64,000 nt of DNA from assembly GCF_009914755.1 (NCBI RefSeq), contig NC_060939.1. The stretch is one strand, 5' to 3'. The translations under genes and the position numbers were made by a program. A model generated the notes under the pieces. The model worked only from the letters and a program-made list of their open reading frames with translations. It ran no database searches and was not told the DNA's origin. Below, piece by piece: positions 62,640-64,000 of this stretch (position 1 is the stretch's first letter; each line of letters starts with the position of its first letter). This stretch comes from the human T2T-CHM13v2.0 reference genome, Homo sapiens.

Positions 62640-63670
62640 AATTTTATGTTTTCCAAAATATCATCATAAATATTTTCAAACATATGGAAAAGAGGAAAGA
62701 ATTGTAGTCAACATACCTATGTCCACTATCTAGATTCTACAAATAACATTTTAGTATATTTGCTTTATCACATCTATCCATCTCTCCATCCCTCTGTCCA
62801 TCCATGCATCCATCTTTTTTTTTCATTTTTTTCTTTTTTAAATATAGAGATGAAGTCTTACTATGTTGCCCAGGGGAGCCTCGAACTCCTGTCCCCAAGT
62901 GATCCTCCCTGCCTCAGCATCCTAAAGTGCTGAGATTACAAGAGTGAGCCACCATGCCTGGCTATCCATCTCATTTTTGAATGCATTTCCAAATAAGTTG
63001 GGGATTAAATAAAGAGTACCTGAGGGCCCAAAGTAGCCCCCCTGGCTTCCTCTCTAGTAGAAAGTAGGGTGAGGATATAGGTGATCTCCCTTTGGAGGCA
63101 GACTATGTGTGTGCACTTACTTACACTGGCGAACCTTCCAGGGTGGAACTTGACTTCATCATACATCTAACTTTCAATATTTGTTTACTGTTGTTCTTTC
63201 AGGTAAGATTTACATACAGTGAAATGTATGTATCTTAAGTGCACTGTTCAGTTCATTGTGAAAAGTGTATATCCCAGTGTAAAGCACACCCCTAGCAAGG
63301 CATAAAATGTTATCATCACTGGCTGGATGCAGTGGCTCACATCCGTAATCGCTACACTTTTGTAGGCTGAGTAGGGAGATGGCTGATGCCCAGGAGTTCA
63401 AGACCAGTCTGTGCAACATAGCAAGACCCCATCTCTAAAAAAATTAAAAATTTGCTGGGTGTGACGGTGCACACCTGTAATCCCAGGTACTTGGAAGGCC
63501 GAGGCAGGAGGGTTGCTTGAGTCTGGGAGGTTGAGTTTGCAGTGAACTATGATTGTATCACTGCATTCCCGCCTGAGTGACAGTAAGACTTTGTTCACCC
63601 CCACCCAAAAAAATTACCATCATGATCACCCCATAAAGCTCTTTTGTGCCCTTCTCAGTTGCTTTCAATT
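62640..63670 (-). mobile_element. L1MC-type 3' fragment containing Alu pieces (62815-62962, 63321-63600) and a local copy
   Basis: cctatgtccactatctagattctacaaataacattt...gatgcattt...aagttg / ttcaatatttgtttac. Confidence 0.6.
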
Positions 63671-64000
63671 TTTGCTGATAATACACAACTTGTTGCTAAC
63701 TTTAAAGACCTGATTAAATAAAGTATGGCACCTGCTTTGTCCTCCTTTGACCGTGGGGGCAGAACCTTTGCCTGCAAAGGCCCCCAGTTGTGGTGAGCAG
63801 ACCTCATGATGAGTTCAAGTGCAGACTTTGGCTGGGGGTTCTGGGATAAGAAAGCAGCACCAAGCCATGGGTTATTCTGGGCTAAAGGGCAACAAGGTAC
63901 GGAGAGTGGTCCTGGCTATCTCTGGGCTTGGGATTAGGGTTGCAGTTTTGGGTTCTGACAGTGAGGTTAGAAACAGGCCAGGGAAGAGGAGATGGAGCAG

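Overview
This is primate, almost certainly human, genomic DNA, dense in Alu, L1, ERV/MaLR and DNA-transposon relics. It holds one complete protein-coding gene on the + strand: seven GT-AG-bounded coding exons between 10323 and 24536 splice into a 906-nt ORF (301 aa, MAQNVYGPGVRIGNWNEDVYLEE...AMGLDTQ*), which I recognise as the motile-cilia gene CFAP161 (C15orf26). Its CpG-rich promoter has CCAAT boxes, a GC box and an RFX X-box. From memory of the locus (not verified), the downstream part is the far 5' region of IL16. Most notable observations: (1) a twin-primed L1PA insertion whose target-site duplication copies the CFAP161 exon-2 splice donor; (2) a solo LTR12 inside an Alu that has an intact promoter but seems to have lost its own polyA signal; (3) four short local templated copies pasted into old transposons, each with its donor to the left, including a ~415-bp inverted repeat; (4) an internally inverted LTR; (5) a young 5'-truncated AluYb8; (6) a divergent pair of CTCF-like motifs. 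I found no evidence for a new protein-coding system, and the other ORFs in the track look like repeat-derived or chance ORFs. Repeat family names come from recalled consensus sequences and repeat boundaries are approximate.
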